Shown here one piece after another: positions 51,396 through 61,107 of a stretch of DNA of 64,000 nucleotides; within the stretch, counting starts at the first letter, position 1, and the number at the start of each line of letters is the position of its first letter. The notes under the pieces are model-generated. The model ran no database searches. It saw only the letters and a program-made list of their open reading frames with translations, and was not told the origin of the DNA. This stretch comes from Spirochaetia bacterium (lineage in GTDB: Bacteria > Spirochaetota > Spirochaetia > UBA9216). The position numbers were made by a program, and so were the translations under genes. The stretch spans positions 2,944,001 through 3,008,000 of the forward strand of contig OY776510.1 in assembly GCA_963675665.1 (NCBI GenBank), written 5' to 3'.

Positions 51396-52772
51396 TCAGC
51401 AACTGCAATTTCCGCAGCAGCAACCGCCTTTTTTTTGTCCGGGTTTACAAATTATTTTATCAAGGCCGTTCCATTTCTTCAAATCTTTCGGAAGGCCGGC
51501 TTCACGTTCCTTGTTTATATAATCAGTCTCTTCAAAATGATATTTGTATTTTGTATGAACGTTATAAGTCCCTTCAAGCAGAGCATATGTATCTTCAGTC
51601 ATAACAAGCTCTTCGTTTGTTGGAATAACATATATTTTGACTTTGGAATCATCAGCGCTGATGCATGTTTCAGCATTTCTGGTCATGGAAGCTATATTCT
51701 TTTCATCGTCAAGCTTTACGCCCATATACTCAAGACCTTCGCAAGCCAGTTTTCTTGTAATAGGGCCCCTTTCGCCGACTCCTGCTGTAAAAACAATTGC
51801 ATCGGCCCCCCCGATTGCTGCGGAGTACGCTCCGATATATTTTTTAATTCGGTAAGATTCAATTGCCTGGCAGAGTATTGCACGCTCATCTCCGCCTTCT
51901 GCGGCTATCTCTATATCGCGTCTGTCTACCCATTTCTCGGTAATGCCGAGTACACCGCTTTCCTTGTTTAGAGCTTTTTCAACTTCGGCGGCGCTCATGC
52001 CTGTTTTGTCCATTATAAAGAACGCTATTGCAGGATCAACATCGCCCGACCTGGTTCCCATAACAAGACCTTCAAGCGGGGTGAGCCCCATTGATGTATC
52101 GAAAGAACATCCGTTTTTTACTGCATTTATGCTTGCCCCGTTTCCGATGTGCGCTATAACAAGATTGGTTTCAAACGGATCTTTTCCGAGAAGCACAGCT
52201 GCACGCTTGGCTGTATATAAAAATGAAGTACCGTGAAAACCGTATCGTCTTACGCCGTAATCTTTGTACCAGCTGTAAGGCAGGGCGTAAATGTATGAAG
52301 ATTCGGGCATTGTCTGATGCCATGCCGTATCCATGATGGCGCAATGTTTAACGTCCGGCAGGATAGCCTCTGCCGCTTCAATTCCTATCAGGTTTGCAGG
52401 AATATGAAGCGGAGCAAGCTGTTCGAGTTCACGGAATGTTCTCATTGCCTCATCGTTGATGATGCATGATTTTGCAAACTTTTCCGCTCCGTGCACAACC
52501 CGGTGCCCGACAGCCTTGATTTCGTTGATATTGCTGATAGCGCCGTATTCGGGGCTGAGAATTGAGTCTATCAGAAGCTTCATTGCTTCTTTGTGAGTTG
52601 GGCAGGGGCTTTCAATTTTTACTTCATCATGGCCCTTTGCCTCATGTTTTATAAAGCTTCCTTCAATACCGATTCGTTCAACTATTCCGGTGGCAAGTGT
52701 TTCCATATTGTCCCAGTCGTAAAGCTGATATTTAAGGGACGAACTCCCGCAGTTAAGGGTTAGTATTACCAA
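51396..52772 (-). CDS. ackA: Acetate kinase with C-terminal extension and Cys-rich tail
   Basis: NCGSSSLK, GHRVVHG, DTAWH, YGFHGTS, GLTPLEG, PTNEE. Confidence 0.93.
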   Translation of the reverse strand: MVILTLNCGSSSLKYQLYDWDNMETLATGIVERIGIEGSFIKHEAKGHDEVKIESPCPTHKEAMKLLIDSILSPEYGAISNINEIKAVGHRVVHGAEKFAKSCIINDEAMRTFRELEQLAPLHIPANLIGIEAAEAILPDVKHCAIMDTAWHQTMPESSYIYALPYSWYKDYGVRRYGFHGTSFLYTAKRAAVLLGKDPFETNLVIAHIGNGASINAVKNGCSFDTSMGLTPLEGLVMGTRSGDVDPAIAFFIMDKTGMSAAEVEKALNKESGVLGITEKWVDRRDIEIAAEGGDERAILCQAIESYRIKKYIGAYSAAIGGADAIVFTAGVGERGPITRKLACEGLEYMGVKLDDEKNIASMTRNAETCISADDSKVKIYVIPTNEELVMTEDTYALLEGTYNVHTKYKYHFEETDYINKEREAGLPKDLKKWNGLDKIICKPGQKKGGCCCGNCSC

Positions 52773-52874
52773 TTATTTCCTCCTGATTATTATGCAATGA
52801 CTAGTGTTTATTTTAATCATACATAAATATTCACAATTTTCAAGCAGGAGAAAAATATTGAATTAAATAAAAGT

Positions 52875-54215
52875 ATGAGGATTCAGATTCTTGTTATTCT
52901 CTCTTCAGTGATTTTTATTTTTTCAGCAAACAGCAATCCTTCATTGAAAACAGAGCTTTCCGATGAGAATTTTATGAACCGCCTGAGATTTACAGGCGAA
53001 TATACCAGGCTCAGTCTGGCATTTTCCATTAATGATAAGGGATTCGATTGGGCTGAGCCTTCTTTTGTATCACCGGTTATTTCAGCGGGGCGGATGGAGC
53101 TGAAAGGTCTGCCGAGAGAGCTGTTCAATCCCGACGGAACTGCTCCTGGTTCGTCCGTGTTTAGTGAAAACAGCCGGTTGAGGATAACAGATTCGTTCGA
53201 CAGAAGTTCAAGATTCGGCATTACTTCAGAAACAGGAGTTACTTCCTGGATCTTTCGGACAAACAGCGGATTGATTTCGGCCGGAATTGTTTCAACAATC
53301 TGCAATTATAAATATTTTGAAGCGGACACCTGTATTTCAGCCGGGACCTGCCCCGATACTGCTGCTGATTCATGGTTTGCCGATCATTCGGTATTGCCCG
53401 GGCAGATTAGCCTGAATGCAGCGGCGGAACTGCGGTTTGGAACTGAATTTCCTGTTTCTGAAACAGCTGAAAATACCGGACGCAGAATAATGAGAAATGA
53501 TTCGGCGGGCAAAATGGCAGCGGCGTCGTTTCTGGCAGGTTTAAGCATGCCGGAATATACAATGCCCGGGTTTTTTGTCCGTTCAGTTTTTTCAGCGGGA
53601 AGCAGAGCAGCCGGCATCAGGGGGCTTTTCCAATGGGTTGACGATGCATATATTCCGCCTTCAGGCAGATCTGCCTCATACAGAAATTCAGCAGGTTTAA
53701 ATGTCCATGCGGGCATTTATTCAGAAATTCTTGAAGCAGTATTCAGCTGCGGATATTTTTACAGACAGGCTGCTCCCGAAGTTCTTCCGGGAAAAATAAT
53801 CGGTCAGGTACAGGAGGTCGAAGCCGGTATAAAACTGGATACAGGTGTTCTTTGTTTTAATATTGATTCCGCCGGAAGTCTTGAACATGATATAAACGGC
53901 CGACAGCAGGCCGGAGCGGATTTTGATGTCGATGTAAAAATTTATCTGGGCCCGGTGATATCAAATGTGAGCGGCGGAATGGATTTTGATAATATATGGA
54001 ACTGCACCTCAACAGACAGGAATTGGTATGGAGGAGCAGGCCTCCGGATTAAAGCACAAATACTTGATTGCAGCTTTAACTATGTTTACAGGGACGGTGA
54101 GCATTGTTTTAACCCGGGAATGAAAATAGCAACTTCAAAAGGTAAAATCAACGCTTCGGTTGAAATAATAAACGGCGGAATAGTCGATTTTTCTGCGGGA
54201 TTTCAATCCGAATAA
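52875..54215 (+). CDS. Exported hypothetical protein, possible outer-membrane beta-barrel
   Basis: Signal peptide; many Gly/aromatic alternating strands; ends VDFSAGFQSE. Confidence 0.55.
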   Translation: MRIQILVILSSVIFIFSANSNPSLKTELSDENFMNRLRFTGEYTRLSLAFSINDKGFDWAEPSFVSPVISAGRMELKGLPRELFNPDGTAPGSSVFSENSRLRITDSFDRSSRFGITSETGVTSWIFRTNSGLISAGIVSTICNYKYFEADTCISAGTCPDTAADSWFADHSVLPGQISLNAAAELRFGTEFPVSETAENTGRRIMRNDSAGKMAAASFLAGLSMPEYTMPGFFVRSVFSAGSRAAGIRGLFQWVDDAYIPPSGRSASYRNSAGLNVHAGIYSEILEAVFSCGYFYRQAAPEVLPGKIIGQVQEVEAGIKLDTGVLCFNIDSAGSLEHDINGRQQAGADFDVDVKIYLGPVISNVSGGMDFDNIWNCTSTDRNWYGGAGLRIKAQILDCSFNYVYRDGEHCFNPGMKIATSKGKINASVEIINGGIVDFSAGFQSE

Positions 54216-54326
54216 GAATGAACATTATTTCGGGACGTGAGAAAAAGTGATGTTATTCGTTGCATTTTTATCCTTTTACGGTTAAAATCTTTTTATAAAA
54301 AATATCAATAATTCAGGAGCGAAGAA

Positions 54327-55553
54327 ATGGAAAAACTGCTAGTAATAAATTGCGGCAGCTCATCGCTGAAATATGAAGTATATACTATGCCGAACCGTCA
54401 GAGTCTCGGGAAGGGACTTGTTGAGCGCATCGGTGAACCTATGGGCAATATTTCACAGAAATCAGATCGCGGAGTCTTTGAGGAAAATGCACCGCTGTCT
54501 GATCATGAAGCTGCAATGGCGCTTGTAAAAAAGGCGTTAACTGATTCCGAAAAAGGCCTTATCGAATCAATAGAGGAGATAACCGGGGTAGGACACAGAA
54601 CAGTACACGGAGGTGAGGATTACTCATCATCGGTAATAATTGACGATGATGTAATTTCGGCCATAAGGCGCAATGCCGATTTGGCGCCGCTTCATAATCC
54701 GGCAAATCTGATGGGAATAAATGCCGCCATGGAAATGCTTCCCGGCGTTCCGCAGGTGGCCGTATTCGACACGGCGTTCCACCAAACCCTTGCCCCGTCT
54801 TCATATCTGTACGGCTTGCCGCGCGAGCTTTATACAAAATATAAAATCCGGCGATATGGTTTTCACGGAACAAGTCACCGCTATGTTTCAACCGAAGCGC
54901 TGAAGCTGATGAAACGATCTGTAGAGAATACAAATGTAATTTCGTGCCACCTGGGAAATGGAGCATCGATAACGGCAATCAGGCAGGGAAAATCGGTAGA
55001 AACTTCAATGGGATTCACCCCGCTCGAAGGTCTTGTGATGGGTACCCGCAGCGGAGACCTGGATCCTGCAATAATTCTTTTTTTGCTGGAAAAGGGTTTT
55101 ACCAAAGAAGAAATAAATAAAATGATTAATAAAGAGGGCGGGCTGCTTGGGCTTTCCGGCATCTCCAACGATATGAGAGATATCCACATCGAAGCTGACA
55201 AAGGAAATGCATATGCAATCGAAGCCCTTGAAGTATTTGCACACAAGATTCGTCAGTATATTGGAGCATACGCTGCAAACATGGTTAAAGTGGATGTGCT
55301 TGTATTCACCGGAGGAATAGGTGAAAACGATATCCGGATGCGAGAAATGATCTGTCACAGGCTGGAAAATATCGGTATAGTTATGGACTATGAATTAAAC
55401 AAGGTGAACGGTTCAAAACCGGGAATAGTTTCCAAGGACTATTCACCAGTTACTATTGTAATAATGCCGACAAATGAAGAGCTTCAGATTGCTATTGATA
55501 CTTACGATCTTATAAACGAGAAATTTAAAAGCTGGATGCTTATTAAAGAGTAA
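54327..55553 (+). CDS. ackA: Acetate/propionate kinase (second paralog)
   Basis: NCGSSSLK, GHRTVHGG, APLHN, DTAFH, YGFHGTSH, PTNEE. Confidence 0.92.
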   Translation: MEKLLVINCGSSSLKYEVYTMPNRQSLGKGLVERIGEPMGNISQKSDRGVFEENAPLSDHEAAMALVKKALTDSEKGLIESIEEITGVGHRTVHGGEDYSSSVIIDDDVISAIRRNADLAPLHNPANLMGINAAMEMLPGVPQVAVFDTAFHQTLAPSSYLYGLPRELYTKYKIRRYGFHGTSHRYVSTEALKLMKRSVENTNVISCHLGNGASITAIRQGKSVETSMGFTPLEGLVMGTRSGDLDPAIILFLLEKGFTKEEINKMINKEGGLLGLSGISNDMRDIHIEADKGNAYAIEALEVFAHKIRQYIGAYAANMVKVDVLVFTGGIGENDIRMREMICHRLENIGIVMDYELNKVNGSKPGIVSKDYSPVTIVIMPTNEELQIAIDTYDLINEKFKSWMLIKE

Positions 55554-55611
55554 TATTAACAGGGAGGTTTCCCTTAATATAGGTGTTTGGAATTGCTGAA
55601 AGGAATTCCCG

Positions 55612-55649
55612 GGAGCGGAGATCAGTTTGATTTCCGCTCCTGTTTTTTT
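55612..55649 (+). terminator. Intrinsic terminator
   Basis: GGAGCGGAGATCA-GTT-TGATTTCCGCTCC followed by a T-run. Confidence 0.78.
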
Positions 55650-55653
55650 GCGT

Positions 55654-56991
55654 TTAGATGCCCTGAAGAATTTTAGCTATTTCAAAATAGATTGTAAGAC
55701 CGGCAACATCGATAACTGTTGCCATCAATGGTGCAGACATAACCGTAGGGTCAAATCCGAGGCGGTTAATAAGAAGCGGAGCAAGAGTTCCTACAAGTGT
55801 TGAGAATAGAACCACGAATGCAAGAGCTGCTCCTATAGTAATTGATTGTGAAAGGTTAACGCCGGGAGGAAGAAAAAAGCTTCTTGCAATAATTACACTG
55901 CCTGTTATCAGGCCCATCAGTATGCCCACCGCTATTTCTTTTAATAAGATTTTTGCGGCATCACGGGAATGAATCTCTCCGGTTGCAAGTCCTCTTATCA
56001 TTAATGTTGAGGCCTGGCTTCCGGAATTACCCCCTGTCTGGGTTATTACCGGCATAAATATGAAAAGGAATGCTGCTGTTGTTATAAGCTCCGAATAATG
56101 GTCTACCACATTTGTTGAAAATGTTCCCAGCAACAGAAGGACAATCAGCCACGGAACTCTTTTTTTTACAAGACCCCAGATTGAACTGTCGAGATACCGG
56201 TCTACATTACCGGTCATGGCCCCCATCTTATAGGTGTCCTCGGTATGCTCCTCCCTGATAACATCGATGATATCATCAAAAGTGACTATACCGAGCATCT
56301 GGTTGCGGCTGTCTACAACCGGCAGAGCGATGAGGTCATAGGTTTCAAGGGTTTTTGCAACTTCTTCCTGGTCAGTTTCTTCGTGAACCGAGATATAACT
56401 CGTCTGCATTATATCGTTAATTTTGGCGCTGTCTTCAGACTTCAGAAGTTCCCGGAGCGAAACAACGCCCAGAAGCCTCTGGAATTCATCAAGAATATAG
56501 AGATAATACACTGTTTCAACTTCATGCGCGCCTTTTCGGACAAAGTTTAATGCCTGGCCCACTGTAATCCCGGCGCGAAGCGCAAGGTATCGGGGCGTCA
56601 TCAGGCCTGCAGCATCGTCTTCATCAAAACGGAGAAGGAAAAGCGTTTCACGTTTAGCTTCTTCCGACAGGCTGTTCCATGCCTCTTTTCTTACCTCGGG
56701 TGAAACCGATTGTATAAAGTCGGCAAGGTCGTCAGGATCCATTTCAGAGAGTATCTGGTGGATGCTCTGGGTGGAAAGCGATTCGACGAGTTTTTCCTGC
56801 TCGGTATTCGACAGCGAATTGAGCAGATCTACTTTGTATTCCAGGCGAAGATTGATCATTATTTTTAAAGCTTCATCGTTGTTGAAAGAGTCCCATTCCT
56901 CGAGAATCTCTGCCAGCGGAAGATCTGCAAGAAGTGCTTTGAGTTCTTCAGGAGGCATTCCGTCAATTTTCAGTTTATCTTTCAATTCCAT
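55654..56991 (-). CDS. mgtE: Magnesium transporter MgtE
   Basis: MgtE_N, a CBS pair, RVPWL, GGNSGSQ, DP...SAP..AT..D. Confidence 0.95.
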   Translation of the reverse strand: MELKDKLKIDGMPPEELKALLADLPLAEILEEWDSFNNDEALKIMINLRLEYKVDLLNSLSNTEQEKLVESLSTQSIHQILSEMDPDDLADFIQSVSPEVRKEAWNSLSEEAKRETLFLLRFDEDDAAGLMTPRYLALRAGITVGQALNFVRKGAHEVETVYYLYILDEFQRLLGVVSLRELLKSEDSAKINDIMQTSYISVHEETDQEEVAKTLETYDLIALPVVDSRNQMLGIVTFDDIIDVIREEHTEDTYKMGAMTGNVDRYLDSSIWGLVKKRVPWLIVLLLLGTFSTNVVDHYSELITTAAFLFIFMPVITQTGGNSGSQASTLMIRGLATGEIHSRDAAKILLKEIAVGILMGLITGSVIIARSFFLPPGVNLSQSITIGAALAFVVLFSTLVGTLAPLLINRLGFDPTVMSAPLMATVIDVAGLTIYFEIAKILQGI

Positions 56992-57089
56992 CGATCTGTA
57001 CCTCCTTGAATATGTCTAATACAGGATAACCTAATTGAGATTTTATGAAAAGCATAAAATTGTCAATACGTATTAACTAATTGATTCCG

Positions 57090-58007
57090 TTATTGAAAAT
57101 TACCGATGAACTGAATCTCCGGTTCAAGGTCAAAGCCGTAGGCATCCTTTACCTTTGCTGTGCAGAGTTTAATCAGTTTATGGATATCGGCGGAGGTTGC
57201 ATTGCCTCTGTTGATAAAAATATTTGCGTGTTCGGCTGATATTTCCGCATCGCCGATCCTGGTGCCGCGGAGGCCCAGCGAATCAATTATGGCGCCCGAC
57301 GGTTTGCCGAAGGCCCGGTTGTTTTTAAAAACGGACCCGGCGCTGGGGCCGCTGTAATGGCCTTTGCGTTCCCGATCAGTCCGGTTTTCAAGCATGGTTG
57401 CCGATATGATTTTTTTATCCTTTCGGCTCAGAAGGAATTCCGCTTCAAGGATTACATAATCCCTGTTTTGAAATGGGGACTTTTTATATCCGAAACTTTC
57501 CGGAGCAGCATTAAGGATTCGTGTTTTCCGGGTCTCGTCAAGATATTTTACAGACAGCAGGATGTCTGAGACGGACAACCCGTAACAGCGGGCATTCATC
57601 CAGACCGCCCCGCCTATTGTCCCGGGCATGCCGTAGAAAGCATCAAAGCCGGAAAGGCCTTCTTTAAGCGCCGCTTCTGCAGCGTCGTCAATCAATACTC
57701 CGCAGCCGCAGGCAACCTGCAGCCCTTCTTTGAATTCAATGCGGTTCAGGCCGGCAGTTTCAATTACTATTCCGTTGAATCCTGCGTCGGACACAAGAAT
57801 GTTCGCGCCACCGCCCAGAATAAAGTGTGGGGTCTCGCAGGATTCTGCAGCTTTTAATATCTGTACAAGCTCATTCGTATCAGCAGGCGAACAGAAAACA
57901 TCAGCAGGGCCGCCGGTTTTAAAAGTTGTATGAAGAGACATCGGTTCATTGAATACTATTTTGCCCTTCGTGTTGATTTTTTTAAGTATATTCCGTAAAT
58001 TATCCAC
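57090..58007 (-). CDS. murB: UDP-N-acetylmuramate dehydrogenase
   Basis: HTTFKTGG, GGGAN, PGTIGGA..MNA, SAGSVFKN, HAN, LEPE. Confidence 0.95.
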   Translation of the reverse strand: MDNLRNILKKINTKGKIVFNEPMSLHTTFKTGGPADVFCSPADTNELVQILKAAESCETPHFILGGGANILVSDAGFNGIVIETAGLNRIEFKEGLQVACGCGVLIDDAAEAALKEGLSGFDAFYGMPGTIGGAVWMNARCYGLSVSDILLSVKYLDETRKTRILNAAPESFGYKKSPFQNRDYVILEAEFLLSRKDKKIISATMLENRTDRERKGHYSGPSAGSVFKNNRAFGKPSGAIIDSLGLRGTRIGDAEISAEHANIFINRGNATSADIHKLIKLCTAKVKDAYGFDLEPEIQFIGNFQ

Positions 58008-58074
58008 AGACAGATTTTACTTTAAAACAGACTGATGATCCATAGATGCTATTTATATCAAGCGGGAGGTTCGG

Positions 58075-59490
58075 GTGAACATAAACTTATATAACACTCT
58101 TGGCAGAGAGCTGCAGGAATTCAAGCCGATTAATGAAAAAGAGGTCGGCCTGTACTGTTGCGGGCCTACCGTTTATAACTATGCGCATATCGGAAATCTG
58201 AGAACATACGTATTTGAAGACTTGCTTAGAAGGGTATTGGAATACGCCGGTTACAATGTAAACCATGTAATGAATGTGACGGACGTCGGCCATCTGACCG
58301 GCGATCAGGACGACGGAGAAGACAAACTTGAAAAGAGCGCCCGTGAAACAGGCAAATCTCCGACGGAGATAGCAGAATTTTATACCGATGCTTTTTTCAG
58401 GGATATCGACAGGCTTAATATCATCAGACCGAAAACAGCCTGTGTTGCTACAAAACACATCGGCAATATGATAGGACTTATAAAAAGGCTTGAAGCCGGC
58501 GGATTTACATATATTGAAGGCGGAAACGTATATTTCGACACTGAAAAATTTGCCGGATACGGTGAGCTTGCGCTTCTTGATCGGCAGAAGCTTAAAGCCG
58601 GGGCCAGAATTGCCGTTGACGGAAATAAAAAGAACCCTGCCGATTTTGTTCTCTGGTTTACCAAATCAAAGTTTGAAAATCATATAATGCAGTGGGATTC
58701 TCCCTGGGGTACGGGCTATCCGGGGTGGCATATAGAATGCTCGGCTATGAGCATGAAGTATCTCGGCGAGCAATTCGACATTCACTGCGGCGGAATTGAT
58801 CATATACCAATTCATCATACAAACGAGATAGCACAGTCTGAGGCCGCTACCGGCAGGAAATGGGTTAACTACTGGATTCATGGTGAATTTCTTCTGATGG
58901 ACAAGCAGAAAATGGCAAAATCCGCCGGTAATTTTCTTACGCTCCAGACCCTGGTAGACAAGGGATATGATCCTCTCGATTACAGGTATTTCTGCCTGGG
59001 AGGTCATTACCGATCACAGCTTGTTTTTAATTTTGAATCGCTTGATGCCGCCCGGAATGCGCGAAGAAATCTGGTTGAAAGAATTGAAGAGCTGAAATCA
59101 TTCGCTGAGCCTGCTCATGCAGATAGTCTTGGCGAAAGGGCCGGGGGTATAATCAACCGTTTCAATGAAAGCCTTATAAACGATCTTAATGCGCCCAGGG
59201 CCCTTGCCGAATTATGGCAATTGCTCAAGGACAACGATATATCGCCCGAAGATAAACTTGGCGCTGCAATTGAGATGGATCGGGTATTCGGCCTGCAGCT
59301 GTCTGAAATAGAAGCTCCGGCAGCCGAATTGTCGGATGCGGAAATATCAATAATTCGGGATCGTGAACAGGCAAGGGCCGATAAAAACTGGGGAAAAGCC
59401 GACGAACTGAGGGATAAACTGCTGTCTTTGGGTATTGAAATAAAGGATACTTCAGACGGAACACAATGGAAAAAGAGAGGTAACCGTTAA
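58075..59490 (+). CDS. cysS: Cysteinyl-tRNA synthetase (canonical)
   Basis: [30 protein letters not shown], and the anticodon domain R..AR..K.W..AD.LR. Confidence 0.97.
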   Translation: MNINLYNTLGRELQEFKPINEKEVGLYCCGPTVYNYAHIGNLRTYVFEDLLRRVLEYAGYNVNHVMNVTDVGHLTGDQDDGEDKLEKSARETGKSPTEIAEFYTDAFFRDIDRLNIIRPKTACVATKHIGNMIGLIKRLEAGGFTYIEGGNVYFDTEKFAGYGELALLDRQKLKAGARIAVDGNKKNPADFVLWFTKSKFENHIMQWDSPWGTGYPGWHIECSAMSMKYLGEQFDIHCGGIDHIPIHHTNEIAQSEAATGRKWVNYWIHGEFLLMDKQKMAKSAGNFLTLQTLVDKGYDPLDYRYFCLGGHYRSQLVFNFESLDAARNARRNLVERIEELKSFAEPAHADSLGERAGGIINRFNESLINDLNAPRALAELWQLLKDNDISPEDKLGAAIEMDRVFGLQLSEIEAPAAELSDAEISIIRDREQARADKNWGKADELRDKLLSLGIEIKDTSDGTQWKKRGNR

Positions 59491-59534
59491 AATGAAAGTT
59501 TTTAACGGTCGTCTGTAACTAACTGTAAGGTTCG

Positions 59535-60071
59535 TTGTTTGTTATGATAGATGAAGAGAGGGTTGTTGAGTCCTTCGAGCAGGTTTATGAAGAAACATTT
59601 ACAATCCTCATAAGAATTGCATACCATATAACCGGTAATGCAGATGTTAGCGAAGAATTATGTCAGGAGGCTTTCTTAAAATATATCAGCCGTCCCGTCA
59701 GGATACCTACTGTTGAACAATCAAAATACTGGCTGATAAGAGTTGTTAAGAACCTCTGCTACAATTATGTCAAAAGAAAAGGGCGTGAGAGCCGTGCTTT
59801 TGATAAAGTCAAGGAGTTGCCGCTTCCCGAAACTGTAAACGGTGAGCAGGAACTTATCAAGAAGGAGCAGATTGAAACTGTTCAGGCCGCATTAATGATG
59901 CTGCCGTTTAATCTGCGAACGGTTTTAATTCTGAAAGAATACGGGCAGCTCAGCTATAAAGAGATCGCCTCTATTCTGAGAATAACAGAAGGTAACGTGA
60001 AAGTAAGAGTATTCAGAGCAAGAGTGAGTCTGGAGGAAATTCTTTCCAAGGAGGGATTTAATGTGTCCTGA
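59535..60071 (+). CDS. ECF sigma factor
   Basis: EELCQEAF, WLIRVVKN, LSYKEIA, VKVRVFRAR. The exact start is uncertain. Confidence 0.9.
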   Translation: MFVMIDEERVVESFEQVYEETFTILIRIAYHITGNADVSEELCQEAFLKYISRPVRIPTVEQSKYWLIRVVKNLCYNYVKRKGRESRAFDKVKELPLPETVNGEQELIKKEQIETVQAALMMLPFNLRTVLILKEYGQLSYKEIASILRITEGNVKVRVFRARVSLEEILSKEGFNVS

Positions 60072-60606
60072 CCGGGAGTTGATTTCAGCCTTTTTTGATG
60101 ATGAGACGAATGAACGATGGTCATCCGAACTTAAAGAGCATATCGAAAATTGTACAGAATGTTCGGTGAATTATAAAAAAGTAAAAGAACTCAGTATTTC
60201 TCTAAGAAGTATTAACGTGCCCGGCGAAAACGAGATTAGATCCAGGGTCTATTCCGCGGTGGAACGGCGGCGTGCTGTATTTAATACCGAACCGTTCTGG
60301 AAAAGGCATGTCGAGATTTCATATCCTGCCCTTATGGGCGCTGCCGCCGTAGTAGCAGTTCTTTGCGCCGCGATGCTGATAGGATTAACCCGGTTTTCCG
60401 GACAGCAGCAATATATTGTTGAAGAGATAAAGGAAGAGCCGTTGCCGATAAATGTACAGCTGATCAGTATAGAGGATGCAGCTGCATATCTGCTTTCGGA
60501 TGATTCGGGCTTTGACGTTCTGATAACGATACCGTCTGCAAAAGGGCTTTCGGTTTCAGGAGAACCGCAGCTTATCAGGGAAGCTGATTATAAACGAAGC
60601 CAATAG
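60061..60606 (+). CDS. Zinc-binding (ZAS) membrane anti-sigma factor
   Basis: N-terminal C...HxxxCxxC (HIENCTEC) plus one TM helix, overlapping the sigma gene. Confidence 0.82.
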   Translation: MCPDRELISAFFDDETNERWSSELKEHIENCTECSVNYKKVKELSISLRSINVPGENEIRSRVYSAVERRRAVFNTEPFWKRHVEISYPALMGAAAVVAVLCAAMLIGLTRFSGQQQYIVEEIKEEPLPINVQLISIEDAAAYLLSDDSGFDVLITIPSAKGLSVSGEPQLIREADYKRSQ

Positions 60607-60616
60607 GATAGCAATT

Positions 60617-61105
60617 GTGAAGCAGATAGTATTTGGAATTTCTCTTCTCATTTTATTTTTATTTCCTTTTACTGCCCGGGCTGATGATCTTGGTTATGAA
60701 TTTATCGAAGGGAAGCAGATTTCAGTAAATATCACAACAAGAATTCTGGGTGAAGAAAACGATACTATCTGGCATATGGACAGCTCGAAAGTAACAGTTT
60801 CGGGCGAAACGATTAAGCTGAAACTGTCAGGCGACAATCTCGTTGTAATAGCTGATATAACTCCATACCTGAATCAGGACAATACCATATTTCTGGTTGC
60901 AAAAGGTGAAATATTTCTTTCGGACAATACTGACAGTGAAGATGTAAAGTACTATACTACCCTTAAGAGTCTGCCGGTTGATGTCGGTGAAAAGGTTATA
61001 TTTTTCCCGCTGGGCATGGCATATGACTCCAACAGCAATTTTTACAGTATGGAAATGGAGATTCAGGTGCTTTCTGTTGAAGACGCCGGCAGTTCAGCTG
61101 ATTAG
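60617..61105 (+). CDS. Exported hypothetical protein
   Basis: Signal peptide ending ARA; in the ECF operon. Confidence 0.7.
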   Translation: MKQIVFGISLLILFLFPFTARADDLGYEFIEGKQISVNITTRILGEENDTIWHMDSSKVTVSGETIKLKLSGDNLVVIADITPYLNQDNTIFLVAKGEIFLSDNTDSEDVKYYTTLKSLPVDVGEKVIFFPLGMAYDSNSNFYSMEMEIQVLSVEDAGSSAD

Positions 61106-61107
61106 GA

